Virus record (IMG/VR): IMGVR_UViG_3300049927_000079 | Span: 1-58,521 of that record | Reading direction: 5' to 3' (one strand) | Length of the DNA: 58,521 nucleotides | Origin: a virus | Taxonomy: Duplodnaviria; Caudoviricetes | In this document: one piece after another, positions 7,132-15,776 of the stretch | How the letters are laid out: each line of letters begins with the position of its first letter | Numbering within the stretch: position 1 is the first letter of the stretch | Made by a program: the position numbers and the translations under genes | The notes under the pieces: model-generated | Seen by the model: the letters and a program-made list of their open reading frames with translations, nothing else | The model's database searches: none | What the model was told of the DNA's origin: nothing

Positions 7132-7636
7132 ATCCTGCCGGCAGGAGCGGCTTCTTTTCCTTGCGCCGAATCTCTACCAGTCCCGCAACCGTGTTGGGGT
7201 AGAAGTGTGCGTCCTTGAACTGGTCCAGAGTTATCCACTCATCCCGGACTTCCCACCGTCCACCAGCGTAATCCTGCGACCACGACTGCAAAAGGATTCT
7301 GGCGCCCGAGAGCAGGACTAGCTTCGCTTCCATGCTGCCCAGGATCTTGTTGCGCCTAGTGGAGTGGTTGGCGCGACTGGTGGTCTGGACGAATACGACT
7401 GGATCTACGGAGAGTCCGGATTCCCGGAAGAAGGCGCGGGCGTGGGTTCTCGGATGGATTGCTACGATGTCGAACACGCTCCACAGGTCCACGGAAATCT
7501 CAATCATCGGAACATGGCCGCAGGCGCGGCAAGCGTGCTTCTTGCGATCCGGGAATCGCTTCTTGCCTTCGACGGTGCCGACCAAGTAACCGCGAGCGGT
7601 CAGGTTCTCGCGAGTGCGCTGCTGTGGTGTGCTCAT
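7112..7636 (-). CDS. PD-(D/E)XK nuclease (Holliday-junction-resolvase-like) with Zn-ribbon insert
   Basis: L..RGY.V..VE, CRAC, DLW..FDIVAI and FVQTTS; ATG at 7636 is coupled. Confidence 0.6.
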   Translation of the reverse strand: MSTPQQRTRENLTARGYLVGTVEGKKRFPDRKKHACRACGHVPMIEISVDLWSVFDIVAIHPRTHARAFFRESGLSVDPVVFVQTTSRANHSTRRNKILGSMEAKLVLLSGARILLQSWSQDYAGGRWEVRDEWITLDQFKDAHFYPNTVAGLVEIRRKEKKPLLPAGSTLPLV

Positions 7637-7899
7637 TGTTGACCGTGTTCCTCTCGGTGGCACTTTCCGCATAGACCCTCGCAGGAATGTACCGTATCAT
7701 CCCGCTTGCTCCCGCCCATGCCGCGGCCGTTCTTGTGGTGCGTGTGGAAAGAATTATCGTAATCGAGTGGCGAGGTTAGCAATGTTCGACGGTGACACTG
7801 AGTACAGAGACCGTAGGACTGCTCGTGCAACTGGCTGCGGAAACGAGTGTAGTCCTTACCGGACAGGATCGTACGGCCATCCTTGGTGGTCTTAATCAT
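7633..7899 (-). CDS. HNH endonuclease
   Basis: CTQC...HTHH...RGMGG...LCGKCHREEH. Confidence 0.8.
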   Translation of the reverse strand: MIKTTKDGRTILSGKDYTRFRSQLHEQSYGLCTQCHRRTLLTSPLDYDNSFHTHHKNGRGMGGSKRDDTVHSCEGLCGKCHREEHGQQ

Positions 7900-8747
7900 G
7901 GTTTGAAACAGCGCGCAATATGTTGAGCTAACGGAAACGGAATCTTGGCGATCTGAGCTGAGGCAGCCTTGCGCGCGAGCGAATTGCTGCTCGTGTACCT
8001 ATTGAGCGATCCACGTCCTGCCGCTTTTGCCTCTTTGTAGTTTCCGAACCAACTTCCCGTACCTTTGGCTGCTTCTGCTCGTTGTTCCATCACTTGCATC
8101 CGCCAATGCGGGCTGGTTTTCCCGTTCTTGCGAAATTCATTCCAGTCGTTGCCTGAAAGCTTCACGAAGTCCTTTTGGCCTTCAACTGTCCTGAGCGCAG
8201 CTTGTACGGCTGGCTCATCTTCGTGACCGTGGAAGCTCGGGGATGGGATGCCATACTTTTCTGGATAGTGAAAGTTTCTACCGGGCCGTTTCAGACTAAA
8301 CGTAATAGGCATCAGTGCCGGAACATCTCCCCATAGGTAGTACGACCCGAAGTGCCAACGCGCCTGCCCCACCCACTTCTGTGCGCCTCGCACATTTTCA
8401 ACGACCAGCGGAATGTGCCGCCCTGCGGCCTGGATAGCTTCCTGCTGAATCCGGAAGCACGATTCGAAAAGGGTGTTATTTGGCGGTGGGAGGGCTTTGG
8501 CACGACTCCAGGGCATCGCCCTGTAGGAATAGCCTTGACAGGGCGGACTGGCCACAATCACGGTGGCGTCCTTAAATTGCGAACCGCGTAAGGTGGTCAC
8601 ATCCTGCAGGACGAGTTGTGCGGGATAGCCTCCCGTCCCATAATCATGCCGTTCAATGTCGAAGCCGATCACGCGGTAACCCTCCGCCAAAAATCCCTCC
8701 GTCCAGCCACCGAGGCCGCAGTACAGATCAATCGCTAGAGGCTTCAT
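7896..8747 (-). CDS. DNA cytosine-C5 methyltransferase family protein
   Basis: DLYCGLGG (motif I), SPPCQ (IV), VENV (VI); start MKPLAID at 8747. Confidence 0.85.
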   Translation of the reverse strand: MKPLAIDLYCGLGGWTEGFLAEGYRVIGFDIERHDYGTGGYPAQLVLQDVTTLRGSQFKDATVIVASPPCQGYSYRAMPWSRAKALPPPNNTLFESCFRIQQEAIQAAGRHIPLVVENVRGAQKWVGQARWHFGSYYLWGDVPALMPITFSLKRPGRNFHYPEKYGIPSPSFHGHEDEPAVQAALRTVEGQKDFVKLSGNDWNEFRKNGKTSPHWRMQVMEQRAEAAKGTGSWFGNYKEAKAAGRGSLNRYTSSNSLARKAASAQIAKIPFPLAQHIARCFKP

Positions 8748-9322
8748 ACGTCCTGCTCGCTGCACAGCCACTCTATGAAGGTCTCTAGGCTTGCACCCTC
8801 ATCCGTCAAGAGATACGCCTCGTAAACCGCCTCCACGCGCTCCCACTGCGACGTGGTGAACTTTAGCCGCTTCTCTACGATACCCTCAATATGCTGGTCC
8901 GGGTGGTTGTCTCGAATAAACTCCCGCAGTTCCTTCGGTTTCTTGATAGCAACTGACTGAAGTTTGGGATTTTGTCTAACGGAAGACGAAACGCTGGCCA
9001 AGACCTTAGCGGACCCTAGGGGCATTTTAGACAACTCTTCGTGGGATATGTCCGGCGCCAGTTCTTTGTACCGGCCAACCACGATGTAGATGTACGACCT
9101 CGACATCGGAGCAGCGTCTAGGAGCCATTCGTGCCAGGTCTTGAACCCAAGGCGCAGATAGTCCTTGTCCCGCTCGACGTCTATGCAGGCTTTGGCGATT
9201 TCCGCCCAGTCTGCGAACTGGCGATCGAAGGCACGGACGTAGGCGTCGCGGGCTTCCGCACGGTCCTGGGGTGTGAGGCTGGTTTCAGTTCTGATTTCGG
9301 GACAATTGATGGTCGTACCCAT
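8744..9322 (-). CDS. Hypothetical helical protein
   Basis: GGAG RBS before the ATG at 9322; YLRLGFKTW.EW motif. Confidence 0.6.
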   Translation of the reverse strand: MGTTINCPEIRTETSLTPQDRAEARDAYVRAFDRQFADWAEIAKACIDVERDKDYLRLGFKTWHEWLLDAAPMSRSYIYIVVGRYKELAPDISHEELSKMPLGSAKVLASVSSSVRQNPKLQSVAIKKPKELREFIRDNHPDQHIEGIVEKRLKFTTSQWERVEAVYEAYLLTDEGASLETFIEWLCSEQDV

Positions 9323-9501
9323 GTGTATTGCTCCAAGAAGAATGGTTTCCGCGAAGGACGGCCTTGACGCGCTCTCTGAACGTACTTTAGCCAGCGTTCT
9401 ACAGGTAAATGGTGGTGCTTGCGTTCCCACAGGGCAATCGAACACTCCGGGATGATGTAGCCCTGCAGCCGGAGCAGTTTGGACATTTCCGCGTCGGTCA
9501 T
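9181..9501 (-). CDS. Possible small HTH-like protein
   Basis: ATG overlaps the upstream TGA; MTDAEMSKLL..GY....SIALWE; 3' end overlaps the next gene. Confidence 0.35.
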   Translation of the reverse strand: MTDAEMSKLLRLQGYIIPECSIALWERKHHHLPVERWLKYVQRARQGRPSRKPFFLEQYTWVRPSIVPKSELKPASHPRTVRKPATPTSVPSIASSQTGRKSPKPA

Positions 9502-9998
9502 GCCCGCCAAGCCGGAGCCTGTCCGCGCTTCTCGTCCAGGTCGTCGTATAAGGCATTTATTTCGCCGGCATTCAGCGGCCGATTGGGAAGCGAGTCGCGC
9601 ATGGACTGGTAGCGCTCCCACAGGTACAGGACATCGTTCTCCCCGTAACCACGTCCGTGACGATCTCTGCATTCCGAGTTACATCCTGGCCGGTACGCTT
9701 GCGGCGCTATCCAGGTTTTACAAAGGTCAATAATCTGACCAGGAACGGGAAAGAAAATGGCCAACTGCCGATGCTCCTCGAAGGCAAACTTAATTGCCTC
9801 CTCCGAGTAGCGGTTTAGGTCCATTCCCCAACGCTCGATCTCGCCGGGGCTCAACTCTTTCTGGGGGAAGGTTTCGAGTTGGATCTTGAGACAGTCCTCG
9901 ATTAGCTCTTGCTTGCTCAAAGGCGGAATGATTTCTCCGTGCCCTTTGCGTCTGCCCTGTTTCGATTGTGGCATTCGGGTCTCTCCGGAATCGGTCAA
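9498..9998 (-). CDS. Replication accessory protein (helicase-loader-inhibitor-like)
   Basis: W..DL..Y..EAI..AF..H.....FFP.P..I pattern; start uncertain. Confidence 0.5.
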   Translation of the reverse strand: MTDSGETRMPQSKQGRRKGHGEIIPPLSKQELIEDCLKIQLETFPQKELSPGEIERWGMDLNRYSEEAIKFAFEEHRQLAIFFPVPGQIIDLCKTWIAPQAYRPGCNSECRDRHGRGYGENDVLYLWERYQSMRDSLPNRPLNAGEINALYDDLDEKRGQAPAWRA

Positions 9999-10275
9999 GG
10001 GGGGTAACCGAGTAGTCGTAAATTCTTGGGAGGAAACTTCGCGGGCGCTCGCCTGGAGTGATGCTGTCCGAGCAACCGTAGTTGTAAAGAAAAAGCCGGA
10101 AGTCTTGCAGCGTCAAATTTGGGTCCGCCTTTAGGACGCGAGTTAACTGATTTGATTCCGCGCCGTCCCAAGGACAATCCCTGCCCCACTTCCAGCGATA
10201 AAAAGCTTCGACGATCTTGCGGAACTCTGTGAAACGGTTGCTGATTCCTTCTGGAGGTGTCAAGGTGAATGTCAC
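9790..10275 (-). CDS. Replication-initiator C-terminal-like protein
   Basis: Helical W.GAE...L..VL pattern and position upstream of the loader-like gene. Confidence 0.4.
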   Translation of the reverse strand: MTFTLTPPEGISNRFTEFRKIVEAFYRWKWGRDCPWDGAESNQLTRVLKADPNLTLQDFRLFLYNYGCSDSITPGERPRSFLPRIYDYSVTPLDRFRRDPNATIETGQTQRARRNHSAFEQARANRGLSQDPTRNLPPERVEPRRDRALGNGPKPLLGGGN

Positions 10276-10577
10276 AGAGCCTCCACGATTTTCGTGATGA
10301 CCGCAGTTCGAGAATTTAAGACTTCATCGTTTGTAAAACGGAGTGTCCGGTATCCCTTATCGCGTAGCTGGCTATCGCGAGTCGCATCATGTGTATTACT
10401 AACTTTACGTCCCATTCGTTGAGCCCCCACTCGCACGCTGCGTTTGCGTGCGAGAACTCTTACCACGTTTCGGATAGCTACGAGCAACACCCCACCCTTC
10501 CTAATAGGTTCCCCTCCAAATTCGCTGGAAGCAACATACTCACTCTCCCTGAATTGCGCCCTTAAACCTCGCGGCAT
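10272..10577 (-). CDS. Protein ending in a DUF559/Vsr-like nuclease fragment (probably degenerate)
   Basis: HDATRDSQLRDKGYRTLRFTNDEV matches only the C-terminal part of the family. Confidence 0.5.
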   Translation of the reverse strand: MPRGLRAQFRESEYVASSEFGGEPIRKGGVLLVAIRNVVRVLARKRSVRVGAQRMGRKVSNTHDATRDSQLRDKGYRTLRFTNDEVLNSRTAVITKIVEAL

Positions 10578-10796
10578 CTCATCCCGACGGATTCGGGGCA
10601 GAGCAAAGCCTAATACGCCTGCATCAATAGCAGGGGAGTCCTCTCGGAGTCGGTTTGGGAGCCGTAGAGCCGTGGGTGACGGGTTGCGACTATTGTGAGA
10701 ACGTACTTCTGCGCAGACAATGCCTTACCTTGATTGGTGATTTTTTGTCTGAGCTACCGCATCACACGCATGAGATGAGGTAGAGAGACGAACGGG

Positions 10797-10825
10797 AGAT
10801 TACGACCGTACAAGGAGTTTGTCAA
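10797..10825 (-). promoter_or_regulatory. Leftward sigma70-like promoter
   Basis: TTGACA-N17-TAATCT on the minus strand. Confidence 0.65.
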
Positions 10826-10899
10826 CAGAGAAAAACTTGACACTATTGTTGATTTCTGCAACTATCTTTTTGCCCATCACACGCGCCAACGGTTCTATT

Positions 10900-10934
10900 G
10901 CCCTCGGACCCCAATCCGGGGGCGTTGGTTTTTG
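10900..10934 (+). terminator. Intrinsic terminator-like hairpin
   Basis: GCCCTCGGA-ccccaa-TCCGGGGGC followed by gttggttttt. Confidence 0.45.
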
Positions 10935-10948
10935 CACAGCTTTTCCAC

Positions 10949-10977
10949 TTGACACTTGCCGTATTCACCTGTACACA
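10949..10977 (+). promoter_or_regulatory. Rightward promoter, probably near-leaderless
   Basis: TTGACA-N17-TACACA, 10 nt before the ATG at 10988; no RBS. Confidence 0.5.
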
Positions 10978-10987
10978 ACTAGCACGC

Positions 10988-11137
10988 ATGGAAAAATATA
11001 CCGAAGCCTTTCCGGTGCGCGTTACTGCTCAGATGTACAAGGCAGTGAAGGCAGCAGCCGACCGAGAATATTTGAGCATTTCTCAGTTCATTCGCAAATT
11101 GATTCGCGACAACGTGATGAAAGACGACAAGAAATGA
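10988..11137 (+). CDS. Ribbon-helix-helix (CopG/Arc-like) repressor
   Basis: FPVRVTAQMYKAVKAAADREYLSISQFIRKLI. Confidence 0.8.
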   Translation: MEKYTEAFPVRVTAQMYKAVKAAADREYLSISQFIRKLIRDNVMKDDKK

Positions 11138-11775
11138 AAGCGGAAGTCCACCACGAATCACCGCTCAAGTGGCCGGAAGGCTGGTCGCGCACGCTGATTG
11201 AGAATCGGCAGCCCAAGTCTGCCTGGAAGAAGCCGCTGTCCCACTACAGTGATGCCGTGGTGCATGAACTGGAATTGATGAGTGTCAGTTCTGTGACTAT
11301 CTCGCGCAACGATGGCGACCTCGCGCGGCGCGATCCGGGAGTAGCAGTCTGGTTCTCAATCAAACCGGTGCAGGACTGGTCGTGGCAGTCCGGGTTGCAG
11401 ATTGACAGTCCTATCCCCTCGCTCGAAGAAATTGATACTGCCTACAAGCGCCTTGCTCGGAAGCATCATCCCGACGCTGTAGCCAACGGCTCCGGTGGGG
11501 ACATTCAGACCTACCACAAGCTGACTGACTACCGGAAGAAGGCGCGCGCCTGGGTTCTCGGAGAGGATAAGACGCAGCACGGCAACTGCATTCCGATGGA
11601 CAGGTTCACGGAGGTTCGATTGAACCTCGCCGGCATCCGTGCAGCGTTGGCACACTTCCGCGGCCTGGAGCGGTTAGGTATGCCAGCCATCGTGGAGCGG
11701 GTCATGTCTACCGCGTTCAAGGCAGCGCTACCACAGCGAGCATCGGAGGACGCCAATGGCCCAACCGCTGCTTGA
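11134..11775 (+). CDS. Phage J-domain (DnaJ-like) protein
   Basis: PLKWPEGWSRT...DPGVAVWF, then IDTAYKRLARKHHPD (HPD motif); ATG at 11134 is coupled. Confidence 0.85.
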   Translation: MKAEVHHESPLKWPEGWSRTLIENRQPKSAWKKPLSHYSDAVVHELELMSVSSVTISRNDGDLARRDPGVAVWFSIKPVQDWSWQSGLQIDSPIPSLEEIDTAYKRLARKHHPDAVANGSGGDIQTYHKLTDYRKKARAWVLGEDKTQHGNCIPMDRFTEVRLNLAGIRAALAHFRGLERLGMPAIVERVMSTAFKAALPQRASEDANGPTAA

Positions 11776-12187
11776 AGGACACCAGGAATATGTGGACCCA
11801 ACCAACTACAGTCAGCAGATTCAGGAGTTACGCGACGACTTCTCTGAATACCAGCGCCAAGTTCAGGAAGCCCTGACTCGTATTGGACAAAGCATTGCAG
11901 TCATCCGGCAAGGCTTGCGGATGGCAGGCGGAGACGAGATCACTACCGTCCCACTAGGTTCATCCCCACAGTTTGATCCGAAGTGGAAAGCGTGGCAGGA
12001 CAAACTTGGTCAAGGCACAGCGCCGGCCAGAGTCATCGGAGCCATTCTGGATCATGGCCCTCTGAACCGCTCGCAGCTGCGCCAAGCTGCGGAAATGGGA
12101 TGGTCAACCCTCGACGCTGCGACGGCACGACTAAAGAATCTAAGTTTGATCGAAAAGGTAGGCGACCGCTGGAATCTTAAATCCTGA
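11756..12187 (+). CDS. Coiled-coil plus winged-helix protein
   Basis: GPLNRSQLRQAAEM..STL.....RLK...LIEK.G..W. Confidence 0.65.
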   Translation: MAQPLLEGHQEYVDPTNYSQQIQELRDDFSEYQRQVQEALTRIGQSIAVIRQGLRMAGGDEITTVPLGSSPQFDPKWKAWQDKLGQGTAPARVIGAILDHGPLNRSQLRQAAEMGWSTLDAATARLKNLSLIEKVGDRWNLKS

Positions 12188-12201
12188 AAGGAATCCTCTC
12201 G

Positions 12202-12585
12202 ATGGCCAAGAAGAAGGCAGCAAAGAAGAAGTCCGCACCTAAACACTCGAAGGCTCGCCGCATCCCGCGGCAAGATGTCCTGCCTGGTATCGGTGACACC
12301 AAGATAGCAGCCATCGAGAATGCCGCACTCGACTACGCCGAGATCCGAGATGAGCGGCAGGTGTTGACCACGAAAGAAGTGGATCTCAAGAAACGGTTGC
12401 TCGACCTGATGCACAACAAGGGGTTGAAGGAATACAAGCGCAATGGCATCTCGGTCAAAGTTGTGATGGAAGAGGAAAACGTAAAGGTGCGCGTGCGAGC
12501 CGAGGAGGATCTTGACGAGGCAGCGCCGGCCGAGACAGTAGAGGTAGGCGAGCAGACCGAGGAATCCGAGGCGCAGCCCGACTGA
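12202..12585 (+). CDS. Hypothetical protein with basic N-terminus and acidic tail
   Basis: AAGGA RBS; KKKAAKKK N-terminus; coiled-coil core. Confidence 0.65.
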   Translation: MAKKKAAKKKSAPKHSKARRIPRQDVLPGIGDTKIAAIENAALDYAEIRDERQVLTTKEVDLKKRLLDLMHNKGLKEYKRNGISVKVVMEEENVKVRVRAEEDLDEAAPAETVEVGEQTEESEAQPD

Positions 12586-12785
12586 TGCCATTCCCTGAAA
12601 CCACTGGCGAACTGGTCAAGGCGGGCTATCGCTTTGACAACCAAGCGAACTGTAGAGGGTGTGGTGCGGCGATAGAGTGGTACATCACACCCCGCGGCAA
12701 GAAGATGCCGTTCGACGTGGACGCAGACGGCAACTGCGAACCACACTTCGCAACCTGTCCGAACGCGAAGGATTTCCGCAAGTGA
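12585..12785 (+). CDS. Small Zn-binding protein
   Basis: CRGCGAAIEW...GKKMP...HFATCP. Confidence 0.75.
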   Translation: MPFPETTGELVKAGYRFDNQANCRGCGAAIEWYITPRGKKMPFDVDADGNCEPHFATCPNAKDFRK

Positions 12786-12938
12786 GCAGCGGCAGCGGTA
12801 AAAGTCGCGGCCAGGAAACTCGTGACCGGCGCCGCGCTCTAGGGCTCTGCACCGCTTGCGGGGATAATCCACCGAGTAAAAACAGTTTGAAATGCTATCC
12901 ATGTCGGGTTCGATTATCGGGCTACAGCCGGGAGCGCT

Positions 12939-13580
12939 ATGAGCACAGTCCTATTCGACGCCGCAAAACATGAGTACCGCAACGCCAAAGGAATCGCTGT
13001 CCCATCGGTTACGCAGATTCTCGCACTCGCTGGCATCTGTGATTTCTCTTTTGTCGAAGAGGAGCGGCGTATCGCGGCGATGGAGCGCGGGACGTCGGTT
13101 CACTGGCTCTTGCAACTTGAGGATGAGGGAGCGCTCAACTACCGACAGGTTCCGCTCCGGTTGCGACCGTACCGCAAAGCGTGGCAGGACTGGAAGAAGG
13201 CGTCCGGGTTCATGCCGGAGTTAATTGAGCACCAGTTTATTTCGCACTACGGATACGCCGGCACGATCGACAGGTATGGAACCTTGCCGCCAACCGCCAC
13301 GTGGCCCAACGGAAGTAAAGCGATAATCGACCTGAAAACTGGGGAGGTTGCGGATTGGACCCGGCTGCAACTGGTTGGTTATGCCATGCGGATGCACTCG
13401 ATTTTGGCAATAGCCAGACGGATTCGCCGGATAGCCGTAGCACTAAGAGCGAATGGAACGTACTCAGTGCGGGAGTTTCCGCAGTCTACATTTGAGGTTG
13501 ATTGGAGCAAGTTTATACAGGCGAAGAGGAGCGTAGATGCCGGACACGTTGAACACGGAAACGACCGAAGAAATTATTAA
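12939..13580 (+). CDS. PD-(D/E)XK exonuclease
   Basis: FD...HEY, PSVTQIL, RGT.VH, YAGTIDR, IIDLKTG and QL.GY. Confidence 0.85.
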   Translation: MSTVLFDAAKHEYRNAKGIAVPSVTQILALAGICDFSFVEEERRIAAMERGTSVHWLLQLEDEGALNYRQVPLRLRPYRKAWQDWKKASGFMPELIEHQFISHYGYAGTIDRYGTLPPTATWPNGSKAIIDLKTGEVADWTRLQLVGYAMRMHSILAIARRIRRIAVALRANGTYSVREFPQSTFEVDWSKFIQAKRSVDAGHVEHGNDRRNY

Positions 13581-14235
13581 ACAGGAAGCGCTTACCGTTG
13601 TAGAGCAAGCCAAGGCAATAGTCATTCGAGACCAGGAATCCTATAACCACGCTTGCTCGCTTCTGCTCGAACAGATCAAGCCCTTCCGCAAGCGCTGGCT
13701 CGAATACTGGGCTGCGGTCAAAAACCCCGCGTGGGCTGCGTATCAAGCTATCCAGAAGAAGTTTACCGAGGGCGACAAGCCGCTTGAGGAAGCCGAGCGC
13801 CAGGTCAAGGCGGAAATTAACCGCTGGAACGAGGAGCAAGAGAAGATCCGGCAGGAGTTGCAGCGTAAGGCGGAGGAAGAAGCGCGGCAGGCCGAAGAAG
13901 AGGAGCGCTTACGGATTGCGACGATGGCAGAGGAGTCCGGAGCCACCGAAGAAGAAGTTAACGCGATCGTAGACACTCCGGTGACCGCGGTTGCTCCACC
14001 CGTGCCGGCCACGTACCAGAAGGCATCCGGCATCGGGACGCGGGAGAATTGGAAGGCTCGCGTGACCGACCTCCGGAAGTTATGTGCGGCGATTGCCAAG
14101 GGAACCGTGCCGCCTACCTACGTTCTGCCGAATGAGTCTGTCCTTAACGCGCGGGCCAAGGCCGATCGTGGGACCATGAATATTCCGGGAGTGGTCCCCT
14201 ACAACGATCCGATCATTTCAGGCAGGAGCCGATGA
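13537..14235 (+). CDS. Coiled-coil recombination-module protein
   Basis: Long charged helix and G..TR.NWKA.V.D C-terminus; lies between the exonuclease and Bet. Confidence 0.55.
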   Translation: MPDTLNTETTEEIIKQEALTVVEQAKAIVIRDQESYNHACSLLLEQIKPFRKRWLEYWAAVKNPAWAAYQAIQKKFTEGDKPLEEAERQVKAEINRWNEEQEKIRQELQRKAEEEARQAEEEERLRIATMAEESGATEEEVNAIVDTPVTAVAPPVPATYQKASGIGTRENWKARVTDLRKLCAAIAKGTVPPTYVLPNESVLNARAKADRGTMNIPGVVPYNDPIISGRSR

Positions 14236-15389
14236 GGGACGGTTTAGATTACGCCGCAGAACTTGAGTACGTAAAGGAACTAGACAGGAGCGCGCAAATG
14301 AATACACAACTAGCGGTAGTGGATCACTCGAAAGATTTGGCCGTCACATCCGAGCAGGTAAAGATTGCCCGCGCAACTGTGGCCAAGGGACTCAATGATG
14401 ACCAGTTTTCCGTTTACCTCTACAACTGTCAGAGGCAAAGAGTCCACCCGCTTGACGGCCTAGTTGTACCGATCGTCCGGAAAGAGCAGGACGGCGGCGA
14501 GCGCCTCACGTTTGTGACCACAGTGGACCTCTTGAGATCCCGTGCGGACGAGACCGGCGATTACGCTGGCAGCGATGACCCGTTCTTCACTTACCCGGTT
14601 GAGAACCCAACGGCTGCCGATAAGCCGACCTCTTCAACGGTCACCGTCTGGAAGTTTGTCCACGGAGAGAAGTGCGCGTTCACTGCGACTGCCCGCTATG
14701 ACGAGTATTACCCCGGCGAGAAACAGGGGTTCATGTGGAAGAGTAAGCCGCACGTCATGCTAGGCAAGTGCGCGGAAGGGCTCGCGCTCCGCAAGGCTTT
14801 CCCGAAGCAACTGGCCGGCCTGTATCTCGAAGAGGAGTTGCAGAAGGAAAACAAGCCTGCACGCACTACGCCTGCGAAGCCATCAGAGAAGCCTGTAGGC
14901 AACGTGAAGTGCTCCGAGTGCAACGCGATTGGCGGGCACCTGCCAAAGTGCTCCAAGCGCCAAGGCCCCGCACCGCAAGCGCAGCCGGCGCCCGAGCAGG
15001 CCTCACCTGTAGAGCAGAACGTGATGTGCGGCGACTGCGGTAAGGTGAACGGCCACACGCCGGAGTGCAAGTACGCGAAGAAAGCGGAGACCAATCCCGG
15101 CTGGACTGAAACGGTTGTCGTCATCAACTCCATCGAGAAGAAGGAAACTCGTCCCGACAAAAACAACAAGACGAAGCCGTACCTGATCTTGGAAGTAACA
15201 GACGCGGACAAGTTCGAGTGGAGGATGTACTGCTGGCATCAATCGCTGCACCAGTACCTCAAACCGAAGCAGATGATGGTGTGCCAATACTCCGAACGCA
15301 AGGACCAGGACAAGACGTTCTGCTCGCTGGAGAGGGTACTCGAACTGGCCGGCGTCACCTTCTCTGACAATAAGCCGGTAGTTGCTTAG
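14232..15389 (+). CDS. bet: Bet/RecT-family single-strand annealing protein with two Zn knuckles and a C-terminal domain
   Basis: LRSRA..TG.YAG, W.S.P..ML.KCAE.LALRKAFP..LAGLY..EE; CSEC..H...C and CGDC..H...C. Confidence 0.85.
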   Translation: MRDGLDYAAELEYVKELDRSAQMNTQLAVVDHSKDLAVTSEQVKIARATVAKGLNDDQFSVYLYNCQRQRVHPLDGLVVPIVRKEQDGGERLTFVTTVDLLRSRADETGDYAGSDDPFFTYPVENPTAADKPTSSTVTVWKFVHGEKCAFTATARYDEYYPGEKQGFMWKSKPHVMLGKCAEGLALRKAFPKQLAGLYLEEELQKENKPARTTPAKPSEKPVGNVKCSECNAIGGHLPKCSKRQGPAPQAQPAPEQASPVEQNVMCGDCGKVNGHTPECKYAKKAETNPGWTETVVVINSIEKKETRPDKNNKTKPYLILEVTDADKFEWRMYCWHQSLHQYLKPKQMMVCQYSERKDQDKTFCSLERVLELAGVTFSDNKPVVA

Positions 15390-15776
15390 ATGGCCCCCCG
15401 CAAGGACAGTTTCGCCCGAGCCTTAGCAGATGCCCAAAAGCGTCTGGAGCGGGCATTGGCGGAGCAGGATAGGGCCAAAAGAGTTTTGGCTGCGTTGCAA
15501 TCAGAAATTCCGACACTTCTCATAACTATCGCAGCGCTAAAGCATCACTTGGACCCGAGTGGACCGTTACCCGAAGAAATTGCACAGGTAGAACATTCTC
15601 CGGTTTCACCGTCCCCGCCTCCTAATCTGTCTCCCGAGGATCTGGCTAAGTGGTATCACGACCGCGACCTGTCCGGAGTTGGGAGCATTGCTCCAGCAAG
15701 ACCTGTGGCACCGACTGTAGCGGTAAGCGAGGATGACCTACTACCCGACGACTTCGCTGTAGGCAAAAAGGAATAG
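15390..15776 (+). CDS. Hypothetical coiled-coil protein
   Basis: Abuts both neighbours in the operon. Confidence 0.6.
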   Translation: MAPRKDSFARALADAQKRLERALAEQDRAKRVLAALQSEIPTLLITIAALKHHLDPSGPLPEEIAQVEHSPVSPSPPPNLSPEDLAKWYHDRDLSGVGSIAPARPVAPTVAVSEDDLLPDDFAVGKKE

